Origin: Geosiphon pyriformis uo1
Taxonomy: Eukaryota > Fungi > Glomeromycota
Direction of reading: 5' to 3'
Assembly: GCA_016748015.1 (NCBI GenBank)
Contig: JAAOMT010000134.1
Location: 192,757-256,756 of the forward strand
DNA: 64,000 nt
Part shown: piece after piece, positions 22,622 through 33,037 of the stretch
How positions within the stretch are numbered: the stretch's first letter is position 1
Layout: each line of letters begins with the position of its first letter
Notes under the pieces: model-generated
The model's input: the letters and a program-made list of their open reading frames with translations, nothing else
Told to the model about the DNA's origin: nothing
Database searches by the model: none
Program-made: the position numbers and the translations under genes

Positions 22622-25327
22622 TTACTATCACTGGATGGTAAGTCTGGAGAGAGCATTGGTGTTTTGATGATTAGCTCCTTTGTGGTGTTGAATGTCATAG
22701 TCGAATTCGTCCAAGTGGAGTATTCAGCGAGTTATCCGTTTATGTTCCAGGTTTCTTTTGTTGTGTAGCCAAACCAAAGCTTGGTGATCTGTTACCACCA
22801 AAAATTTCACACCCTTAAGATATTTGTCCCAGTAGCTGGTAGCCCAAACTACTGCTAAGCATTCCTGCTCAGTAACTGAGTAGTTCCTTTCTGCTGGTGT
22901 GAGAGTTCTACTGGCATATGCTACAGTGTGTTCTCTGTTATCTTCATCTTTTTGGGAAAGAACAGCACCAAGTCCATAGCCAGATGCATCAGTGTGGAGG
23001 ATAAAAGGTTGATCCAAATTAGGTTGCATGAGGATGGGTTCTGTAACCAGTTTTTCCTTCAGAATTTCAAATGCTTTTTGTTGATGAGTGCCCCAGTGAT
23101 AATTGATGTTTTTCCTAAGTAGCTAATTGAGAGGAGCAGCAATTTTGGAGAAATCCTTGACAAACTTGCGATAATAAGAGGCCAAACCAAGAAAAGAGCG
23201 TAGTTCATGAACATTCATTGATTGTCTAATGTTTTGAACTTTTTCAATTTTGGCTGGATCAGGGAAGATTCCATTTTTTGTAATAAGATGGCCAAGGAAC
23301 TGGGTGGATTGACATCCAAAGAATGATTTGATTGGATTGATCTTGAGACCAGCATTTCTAAGGAGGTCAAAAACCTTTTGCAAATGTTCAAGGTGTTCAT
23401 CCCAGGTTTTTGAGTACACCATTATGTCGTCCAAGTAGACTAGAACAAAGTTTTTTTTTACTGATTCAAATACTTTGTCCATTAAGCGTTGAAATGTGGG
23501 AGGAGCATTTGTGAGACCAAAAAGCATGACTGTAAATTCGTAGGTACCATACTTGGTGATGAAGGCAGTTTTCTTTCTGCTTTCTGGATCCATCTCTACT
23601 TGCTAAAATCCAGCAGTTAAGTCAATGGTTGAGAAGAAAGTGGCACCATGGAATTGGTCTAGCATTGCATCAATCTTGGGAAATGGGTACATGTCTCTTT
23701 CAGTAATGGCATTTAATTGGAGATAGTCAACACAAAAGCATAAGATTCTTTTTTTCTTGGATACCACTACAACTGGGAATGCCCATTCACTCTTGGTTTC
23801 CTGTATAAATCCAAGAGTTTTCATTCGGGTTATTTCTTTTTTGATAAACTCATCATTGTGCCAGTTGGATTAATAGGGCTTCAAATGGATGGGGCGAGTT
23901 TCTTTGGTGATGATGGTGTGTTGTATCACATGTGATGTCTAGGAGGTTCACCTTCTTTTGAAATAACTGGGCTGTTTCTAGCCAGTAGATTTTCAATGTC
24001 TACTTTTCTTTTTTCTGGAGAGGGTTCTCTTTGTTTTACAACCAGTGATTGGATTTCAGGTGGTTCGTTTTCAAAGGACTTTTGGACTTCTTTTATTTCC
24101 TCTTGGGGTATCAAGCTGATTGGTTTCCAATCTTTGTAATAGATCAGACAGGACATGCATTCATCGCTAGGAGAATACAATGGTTTGTCGCACCAGCACC
24201 AGGCACAAGGACCATGCCACCAATAACTGTATTTGGCTTTCTTGCCTGGCTTTCTGTTAAAAGTTCTTCTGAGCATGTCATAATAAGGCCAGCAGATCAG
24301 CTTGCCATTGACAATAATTCTTTCTTTATCTGCCTTGACATTATCCAGTGGTTTGCCATTGCTAATAAAGATTGTATAAGCGAGTTTAGCAGTTTCTTTT
24401 TGTTCTTTTTGTTCTTCTTCTTCCTCACTTTCTTCATCATCTGATTCATCTGATTCATTTTCTTCTGGGCTCTGCTTGGATACTAGGGGAGTTGTCCAAT
24501 GGCGACACTTAACCACAATGAGTTTTTCACCACATCTGATAGTTAGTTTACAGAGTTCATAATTAAGTAAAGCCTTTGCTTTCTTGAGCCATTCATTGCC
24601 AACAATGATGGTGTATTCTTTTGCTTCAGACACTTCCATATCAGTTTCAATGCTGATACCATTGATGTGAACAGGAATAGCTTTGGCTATGCCAAGCCCT
24701 TTTTTCTTATTACCATGCACATTGGTCATTGGTCATTGGTCATGTGGATGGTTCATCAATTTTTCTGCCAATTGCTTCAAGAAAGTGTTTGACAATAACA
24801 CTAACAGATAATCTACTGTCTAGGATCAAATCAATGAAGTAGCCAGCCACTTGGACTTTACAAATTAGAGGAATGACATTGCTATTGTCAACAAGTTCAG
24901 CTTGGCGAGAGCATTTGTTGGTTTTGAGTGTCTTTTTCTTTGGAATCAGGGATTTGTGAAGATCTTTTCTGAATTGTGGATGGGTCATCAATTAGCCAAA
25001 GGTTATATGTGCTGGGGTTTCCATAAGGTCTTTGACAACAGAATAGAGACCGGATTTTTGTACTATTTCTGGGGGTTCCAACTTTGGAGGGTTCTTGAAA
25101 ACTTTGGCTTTTGGGGGCTCATTGTTGTCAGCAATTGATGTAGAAGTTTTATTGGGGTTTAGAACAAAATCAACTTTGGCTTTCTTCTTCTTTCTTGTGG
25201 ATTCAGAGGGGTTGATTGCTAATTCATTCATGTCATGGTCATCATCAGTTAAGTTAAAAGTGTAAAAGGGGTTTTCTTCTGGTTGGCTTGCACTCTTACC
25301 CTTTGGAGGTGCGCCTACCAGTTTAAA
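22622..25327 (-). pseudogene. G pol: protease, acidic/Cys linker, RT, RNase H (no dUTPase)
   Basis: LILDSRLSVS, IIVGNEWL, WAFPVVVV, VYLDDI, HTDASGYGLGAVLSQ and NALSR, followed by TGA TAG TAA. Confidence 0.9.
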
Positions 25328-26831
25328 GGCTGATAAACAGTGGCTTCAACTAGGAGATTCTCTCCAAAAAATTGATGTTGGCATGATTGGGTCTTTGGTT
25401 GGACACATTGTTGTTGTTAATCCTGTTGTTCTGAGCATCATTGTTTCTGGGAACTGGTGGAGGCAGTAGAGAATTGTTGCAATCTCTTGAAAAGTGTCCA
25501 GTTAATCCACAGTGATAGTATACAGGTGGGCCACGATTTTGTTGTCTTTGATAAGGTGGTTGTTGGGGCTGATTGAAGCGTGGTTCAAATCTGGGTCTTT
25601 GTGGTTGCTGATTTTCTCTGACTGCTTGGGCTAAGGGTTCTAATAACCGAGCAAGATTTGCTGTGAGTCTGTCTATTAACTGTTTATTTGGATCTTGAGT
25701 GTGAGTGGCAAAAGAAGTAGCAGCCATTTAAGAGACAGGAGCCATGACAGGAACAGGAGCAAAAACTGATAGTGTAGATCCCAAGTGCATCTTTTGGTTG
25801 TTTTCAATTCTTTGTGCTAATTCAATGGCCATATCTATGGTGGGATTATTTTTCAGGGCCAGGAGGGGCCAAAGAGCATATAATAGATCAGTTCTTAATC
25901 CTTTTGTGAAAGAGTGAATTTTCTGCTCTTCTGTCCAATTTCTTCCAGTGTCTACTTGTTTAATTAACTTTCTGATTGCTTTGGCGTATTTGGTTACAAT
26001 TTCACTGGGACCTTGGGTTCTTTCCAATTCCATATGCCATTTTGATATTAATATTGGGATTCTGAACTTGTTTTCAACATTTGCTGGTGTCCATCTAACG
26101 ATTTTTTGCTGGGCATTGGCATCTGTTTCTTGTGAGAACCAAGTAGCAGGAGATCCTTGAAGGTAGCCACCGACAATTTGGAATTTGTACTCATCATTAT
26201 ATTGATTGGCTGTAGTGGCTCTTTTAAAGTCATCCAACCATTCAATTGGATCTTGTGCATCATTTCTAAATAATGGTATTGGGGTGTTGTTTCTTCACTC
26301 TAGAGCAGTTTGTATATCTTGGAGGACGGCCAGAATGTTTGCTTGCATGGGGTCATTAGCCATTGGTTCAGGGGTAACTGTTTGTGTAGACGAGTCTGAT
26401 TCGCTTGATAAAAGATCAAAAACAGGGGCAGTTTGGTAGCTTTCTTCTTCTGTTTCAAAGAAAGTTTCAGTTGCTTGATGGGCAGCAATCCAAATGTGGA
26501 TTTGATGATTCAGATATTCGAAATCAAGAGGCTGTTGTTTAAAGGTTGCAGAATATAAGAGCTGATTAATACTGTTGTTTCTTTCTTCAAAGTCGTTTTC
26601 AAAATAAGCTTGGTCAAAGTAATAGGTTGTATAAGCTGTGTAGGTTTCAGCTGAATGCTCATTCAGGAACCAGTTCCAAAAGTCTTGGAATTGTCTACTG
26701 GATTGTTCTTCAAGGGGGAAGCAGATCAAGCAGAAGGGCAGAGAATTAAGTTCAATGAAACTTTGGTCGTTTCTGTTGTGTGCTGCAAAGTGTTCTTCTG
26801 ATTACTGTGGCAGATATGAGTAATCACCCAT
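25315..26831 (-). pseudogene. G gag (N-terminal extension, capsid, zinc knuckle)
   Basis: ATG at 26831 just after the PBS. Contains DAQDPIEW.DDFKRA, QGPSEIVTKYA, FTKGLR and YYHCGLTGHFSRDC. Confidence 0.88.
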
Positions 26832-26859
26832 ACAATAAGGGAATAAGTGAATTTTGACA

Positions 26860-26878
26860 ACCTCACAGGGAGCACTAC
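26860..26878 (-). promoter_or_regulatory. Primer-binding site of G, probably tRNA-Ile(UAU)
   Basis: T(A)GTGCTCCCTGTGAGGTT lies just inside the 5' LTR. It is complementary to ..CCTCACAGGGAGCACCA, which resembles eukaryotic Ile-TAT 3' ends; the tRNA identity is inferred. Confidence 0.7.
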
Positions 26879-26883
26879 TTTTA

Positions 26884-27525
26884 TGTTATGGGTTGGAGTA
26901 ACAAGCTAATGGATAGCAAGGGAGAACAGTATTGTATGGTGATGGAAATAAACAAAGAAGAAATTACAATAAGGGAGCAAATTGAATAAGTAGAAATTCA
27001 ATGTGTGTGATCAGTTTCATAAAAATCACAGTCGCTAATCTTTTCTTAAATCTGAAGGCAGAGGAATAGTCCGTGATTGTCAACAAGATAACATTGCTGC
27101 TATTATTCTATGTCTCAACTCGGCGATTCTTAGAATCAATAACAGGTATCGTTGTACTTTTCAATTGTTTCTTTATTCAATGAATTACAAGAGCAAGCCA
27201 ATTGCTTCTTAGGCTAATTCTAACAAATACAAATCAAGAAGGGGAAAAAATAAGGTATGTGAATGCCAACAAGTAGATACTTGAAGATAAGGAAAGGGAA
27301 ATAAGCAATTATGAGAAGAAGTAATTAATATTGTTTATTTCATTACTTTGATCATGTCTTTCTACAGCTAAGGAAATTATCGCTTATATAGCTATCTAAA
27401 ATGGTCAATAACCAGGTCAATGATCAGGTCAATGATCACTATCTAAAAATAGGATGGCTAATTATATGATATCAGTGGCTAATACATGTGATAATTAATA
27501 AAAACTATGTGTTTCAACCATAACA
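26884..27525 (-). repeat. 5' LTR of G (3 copies of the 12-bp repeat)
   Basis: Direct repeat of 19906-20583, 36 bp shorter. Confidence 0.95.
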
Positions 27526-27529
27526 ATAG

Positions 27530-30500
27530 CTTTTGGCTAATATGTGGAGATTGATCAGCCCAATCTTTTCTGATTTACAAAGGTTTGCTTCCGCTTCAAA
27601 AATATGTTCTTGCTCCTTTTCTTTCTTTTCTATTGCTAGTATGTACTGACTATATGGTGGAATAGAAATAACTTGACTGGTTGAGATAATTTCTCCTTGG
27701 CCAACAATTTTTTCCTTTGCCATATTAACTGGTACATCTATTCTACTGTTGACCCAAATTCCTGTATCCCTCTTGCTGTTATTCCCAATTCCTTCCTTGT
27801 TCCCATTTCCACTAAGCTGGCTATTTTGACTAATGGCAGGAATATGGCATATGCTATCTTTTCATTTGGCTCAATTGTATAGGCTTTTTCTGAGTCATTT
27901 TGTAGCATGGCACTAATATTTCTTGTATATCTTGCATCTACTATTTCCCCTCTAATATTAATCTCCTTCTTTGCTAAACTACTCCTAGATGCTAAAAGAA
28001 CCATGGTTGTTGCTGAAATCTCTAGAGCTATTTTCAAATCAATGCATACTCATGCATTTGGTTCCAATTTGATGGCATCTTTTCCTGGATATCTTAGATC
28101 AAACTCTGCATCAGTATCATGCGCTCATTCTGGCCTGATGCTTTTGCTATTGTCATTGTACCATTTCAACTCCTGTTCTTTGGAGAGGTTTGGTAAAGCG
28201 ATGTATTGTTTATAGTTAGGATTGGAGTCTGAATTGTTAATATTTTTATTGCCACATTGCGTGGAACTGGAACCAGTGTTTTCATTGTTATTGTTGTTGG
28301 AGTTTGAATCGGAATTGTAAACTAATTCTGATTCTGATGTGCAGCTGTTGATTGGTTCCTCTTCCTTAGGAATCATGTAGATTATGTGTGGTGGTGGATT
28401 GTAGATAAGATCACACTTATCACAATATTGGAAGTCACATGGAATTAAACAGTGATCACATAATCTGGTGTTTATTTCTTCTAAGCATTGCACCTGTTCC
28501 TCCCTTGTGGGTGCTAATTCCTGGTAATATTTGTGGAATTGCTCTGGATCTAGAAGATTTATGACTAGTTCTGGGTCCCAGTCAAGTTCTATGGGCTCTA
28601 AAGAATTGTTCTTGATTTCTCTAATCTCTTCGGGTGTTGCTCCTTCTATTTTGGCAATTGCCATTCTCCAAATTTCATTATTGTCATGTGGACAACTGTC
28701 CAGTTACTGCACAGCTCTTCTCCAGACTGCTTCTATTAGGGTTTCTTTCCTTACCCAGTCGCTTATTAAAATTGTGTATTGACATAACACGTTGCATGTT
28801 CCTCCACATCCTAGGATGTTGTTCCACATCCCTTCATCTAGTAGGGTCTTCCCACAAGTGAGACAAGGTTGGTTATCTCATTTTTCTTGCCTCTTTGGTC
28901 GTCCAAAGCATTTGAGTAAGCATGGATGACAGTAGAACTTTGTTGTAGCATGGTATTCCTCATCGTCATCACAACATGCACCCATTGACAACAGTTTCTT
29001 GCCACAATTAATGCATACAAGTCTTGGCCATCAATAATTAGATTGTTGTGGAGTGTGGTGAGTGTAGAAATTATAAATGGCAGCAGTTGGTGGCATTCCT
29101 TCTTCCTTTTTTTTTCCTTTTCCCTTATCTTTGTTCCATTCCCAACTTGAGACTTCTTCTTGTTTGTTGTTGGTCCAAGTCAGATTATTGGTTTACCAAG
29201 TAAGTTTGTTTGTTTGCTTTCCTTTCCCATTGTCATCCCAAGAGAGTATTGGTGGCAGCTCATTGTGCTCTTCGTCAGCCCATAACACTTGGTAGGCTTC
29301 CCAGGTAGGTTTTGGTTTCTCTTCCTCAAAGTCAATTAGTGGTGCCATGGTGTTGGTAGCCTTGAAGTGGCCACACATTGCTGGTACTCGCATGTGTTGC
29401 CTGTTTTGGCTGAGTTGAAGCTCTTGTGTATTCCAGTCCAGAGTAGTGTTTGTCTTGGACAGCCAGTCATTACCAACTAGAGCTTGGTATTGGGTGGCTT
29501 CTATGACGAATACTTTGATTGGTACTATGATACTGTTAATTTCGATTAGTAAGTCATTGATTTTGCCGATTGGAGTCTTGGTCACTCCATTAGCCATGAT
29601 GATTCTGGCACTAGCAGTTTGATCAACTTGGCGACCTAATTGATCCATGAGTTGTTATGTAATAATGCTGCCTGCTGAACCACTGTCAAGAATTAGTTTG
29701 ATAGGATGGCCATCAATTTTCACATCAGTATATATGGTGGTAATTGGCTTTTCTTCCAGTGCAGCTCCACTGAATAATGACATGATTGATGATTCCTCGA
29801 GTTTGAATGGAAAAATGGCATCCAGAGATTTGTTTTCTGTGATTGTGGCAGGTAAAATATTGCTGGTAAGTATTTGTTTGAGTTCCTGGTTGTTGGGTAT
29901 GGCATTTTCTGGAGTAACCAGAAGACTTAAATAGTTTTGGGAATTCAGGTTTTGGGTGGCGCCTGTACTCAAATTCCGAGAATGGGATCCTGAGCTTTGG
30001 TGAGAGGAGCTGAGGATTGGTTGATGAACAACCATCGCCGATCTCCAATTTTGAGCAATTCTGGGTTTCGGGTTTCCTGATGTCATTGTAGCTGAGTTTT
30101 GGAGTGGTGTTTGGATTGATGGTTGAGACTGATAAATTATTTGGGGCTGTGGCTGATAAATTACTGGAGGCTGCTGTTGATAAATTGCTGGTGGCTGTGG
30201 TTGATAAACTGGAGATTGATATACTGATGGTTGATAGATTGGTTGCTGCATCATTGGCAGGTAAGTATTTTGATATTGGTCTTGATTTGGATAATAATTT
30301 GGAGTTTGGAACCAGCAATCGGGGTTTCTGTATTGATTTCTTGATTGTTGGTTGCTATAAATATGACAATTAACTCGAATATGGTCTTGTTTACCACAGT
30401 TATGGCAGACATGCATTTCTGGCTGTCATGGCAGACTAGGTGCTATTGAGGATGATGGACGTGATTGATTTTGGAAATGATTCACGTTTCCTGAATTATT

Positions 30501-32129
30501 GTGTTATTGTGATAATTGATATATAGTGCAATTGTCAGCTAAGTATTTCTCTAATTTTTGATTAATTGACTTACTGAATTGTTTTAATTTAGAATCCAAT
30601 TTAGATGATTCATTCATTACTAGGTTTACTGCTTGGGCGTGGTTGGCTTCTAACTCAGCTGCTTCAAAATCTCTGGCATGTGTAATTGTGGTAGAGAGGT
30701 CAACTGGATGCATTAGGCGTACTTGCTGAAGGAGGTTACTGTGCAAACCTCTAATAAATTAGTTCAAAATCTGTGGCACTGTAAAATAGTCAGCTTGAAT
30801 TGCTTGAATCTGGTGCAGATTTCTATGAAAGCATCCCAAGTAAGTAGTGACTGCTTCAGTATCTCCTTGTTTGATGGTGGTGAAGAGGTTGGCTAACTTG
30901 TTGATACTATTATTGTTGCTAAAATATCTTACAAATTCCGTCTTGAAGTTATTAAAGATTTGGGGTTTGACAGCTAGACTTTGATATCATGCATCTGCAG
31001 TGTCCCTTAGAAAGTATGGGATGGCTTGAAGTGCTCAGGTGTCATTCCATTCATTTGTAGTAATGGCTTTCTCTACGTCATTCAGCCATACTTGTGCGTC
31101 ATCTTCTTCACCGGTAAAGTTGTCAAGTTTTGTGATTGGTACGTAGGCCATTGGATCTAAGTTGGATTGTTGTGGTGGCTGTTGAAGCAGTTGTTGTTGT
31201 ATTGGTTGTTGGGGTGGTAGTTGAAATGGCTGTTGTAGAGGTTCAGCTACTGGATTAATTGGTGGTTGATTGATAACGATTACTGGAGGTAAGTTTTGTT
31301 GATTAATTAATTTGGGGTTTGGATTGTTCTGCCTTTGATGATTTGGAGTTTTGATTTCTGAATTTTTTAGATTTAGATTTTGCTAAGCTTAAAGATTCAG
31401 GGTTCCAACTTCCAGGTTTTCAGTAATTGGGTTTTGGTAAGTAAATTCTTGATCTTCTGATTCTTCTTCCTCTTCTTCTTCAAATAATTCTCATAGAATA
31501 GCAGTTCCAAAGTCTGGTTAAGACGGTGGTGATCGAATTTCTGATGGGGTTGGTGATCACAATTTAAATCTGTTGAAATATTTGCCGTATGGTTCTAATA
31601 GATCTGTTTTCTTTTGTTTACTTTGAGATGGGAATTGTCTGAATGTTGATATCACATTTGATGTGGATGTGCTTGCTGATGTTATATTGATGATGCTTCT
31701 CGGTATGTAGTGATAGGATGGGGCAGTTGGTAATTCAACTTTTGTTTTCTTTCAAGTAGGTGGTTGTATCTTTTTGGGTGTTACTGCTGGTGTTTGTAGT
31801 TTTCTTTTGCCTTTATTGGCGTAAGTAATTGGATATTTTTGTTGGGTGTGATGTTCAATTTCTTTGTTGATCTCAGTAATGATGGAGACAAAATTGTGAT
31901 TTGTTGGCAAGTTGGTATTTTGAATTAATTCTCTGTAGAAAGTTTCCCTGGCTGATTCAGTATTCACTGGTGTTCTTAACAAAAAGGAAATTTTTTCATT
32001 GACATAGAAATTAAAGACTGATTTGGCGGATATATGATTGTGGTTTAATTCCAAGTGTTGACAATAGTGTTGAAATAGGGATTTCACAAATCCTAAATGG
32101 TTTGCTCCTATGTTTTCTGATTCTGCCAC
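27530..32129 (-). pseudogene. F gag-pol 5' part: gag, zinc knuckle, protease, Cys-rich domain, dUTPase
   Basis: KLDNFTGEEDDAQVWL, CHNCGKQDHIRVNC, LILDSGSAGS and LVGNDWL. The knuckle and protease lie in one frame. Confidence 0.9.
27738..28150 (-). pseudogene. dUTPase domain of F pol
   Basis: Motifs I-V are recognisable though mutated: DAEFDL, RSSLA, GEIVDARYT, NEKIAYAI and RGIQEFGST. Confidence 0.9.
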
Positions 32130-32171
32130 TTTTGGTTTGGTGTTATCAGTGCTGGTTTTCTGTAGGATTAA

Positions 32172-32190
32172 ACTTCACAGGAAGCACCAA
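32172..32190 (-). promoter_or_regulatory. Primer-binding site of F
   Basis: TTGGTGCTTCCTGTGAAGT adjacent to the 5' LTR, the same type as in G. Confidence 0.75.
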
Positions 32191-32191
32191 A

Positions 32192-33033
32192 TGTTATAGT
32201 TGATTATTTGGAGTCTTGAATCAAATAACAAATTCGTAACTTGGTGCTCAAAAGCTATTTCCATTGATGATGTTCTGAAAGTGTTGTATCTGAAGGTTTT
32301 AATGGAGTCCTTTGTATAATGGACAAAGATTCAATAGTTGTTTTATCCATAGCTTCCCAGACTCACAAGTCTGTCAATTCTTTTCTCGGCTTAGTGGCTG
32401 GCAATCCTCTGGTAAGTAATCCATATCTTCTGTATATGTCCTACCCTCTTGCAAGGGTCTTTTACTAGGCAATTCTTGACATCAGTAATTAGTGCTTTCA
32501 ATCAATTGGTTAGTGCACAATAACAAAATCACAGAAAATAAAGAAAATAAAGAAATCTAAAGAAATAAGCCAAGGTGATTTGCAGATTAGTATTCTGTCA
32601 ATAGCCATAATTAAGAGCTATTGTTTCAGCGTGGTTAAGTATCAATTACTATTAACATGAAGTGTTGATAGTAAAGGGTGAATTGAGATATGGAATGATT
32701 ATTTATTTAATGGTTGTGTTTCTAGGCTAAGGATTCTGTGGTATTGATTCTGTTTTTTCTGTTTCTACTGCTATATATACATATTTGAGATTCCTCAATT
32801 CCTTAATTACTTGTGACAGAAATCCTGAAATTCCTGGAATCCTGCGATTCCTGATGAGAGGAATTCTGAAATTCTGGAATCCTGCAATTCCTTGTCAGGG
32901 AATCCTGAAATTCTTGGAATCCTGCAATTCCTCTAAGAGGAATTCTGGAATTCCACATTTACTACATCTACCTTTGATTGGCTAATATTTACTGACTAAT
33001 AATACTATATTTTCTTATATTCTATGAGTAACA
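32192..33033 (-). repeat. 5' LTR of F
   Basis: Direct repeat of 15295-16142 with TG...CA termini. A GGAATCCT/GGAATTCCT array lies upstream of a TATA-like element. Confidence 0.95.
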
Positions 33034-33037
33034 ATGT

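Larger units (their letters stand above)
19906..27525 (-). mobile_element. Ty3/Gypsy LTR retrotransposon G, nested in F pol
   Basis: LTRs at 19906-20583 and 26884-27525, TSD ATAG (19902-19905 / 27526-27529). The F frame is restored across the insertion (LAKSYSCIKIP). Confidence 0.95.
15295..33033 (-). mobile_element. Ty3/Gypsy LTR retrotransposon F (dUTPase-bearing), containing nested element G
   Basis: Paired LTRs, TSD ATGT (15291-15294 / 33034-33037), PBS and PPT. Domain order is gag-PR-dUT-RT-RH-IN. Confidence 0.95.

Noticed and set aside
26860-26878. tRNA gene
   Set aside because: Only ~18 nt match a tRNA 3' end, which fits a PBS; no cloverleaf is present.
29725-30318. 197-aa Ser/Thr-rich ORF overlapping F gag, and its antisense ORF 30104-30373
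   Set aside because: These are alternate-frame shadows of the Gln/Pro-rich repetitive gag linker, with no independent evidence.
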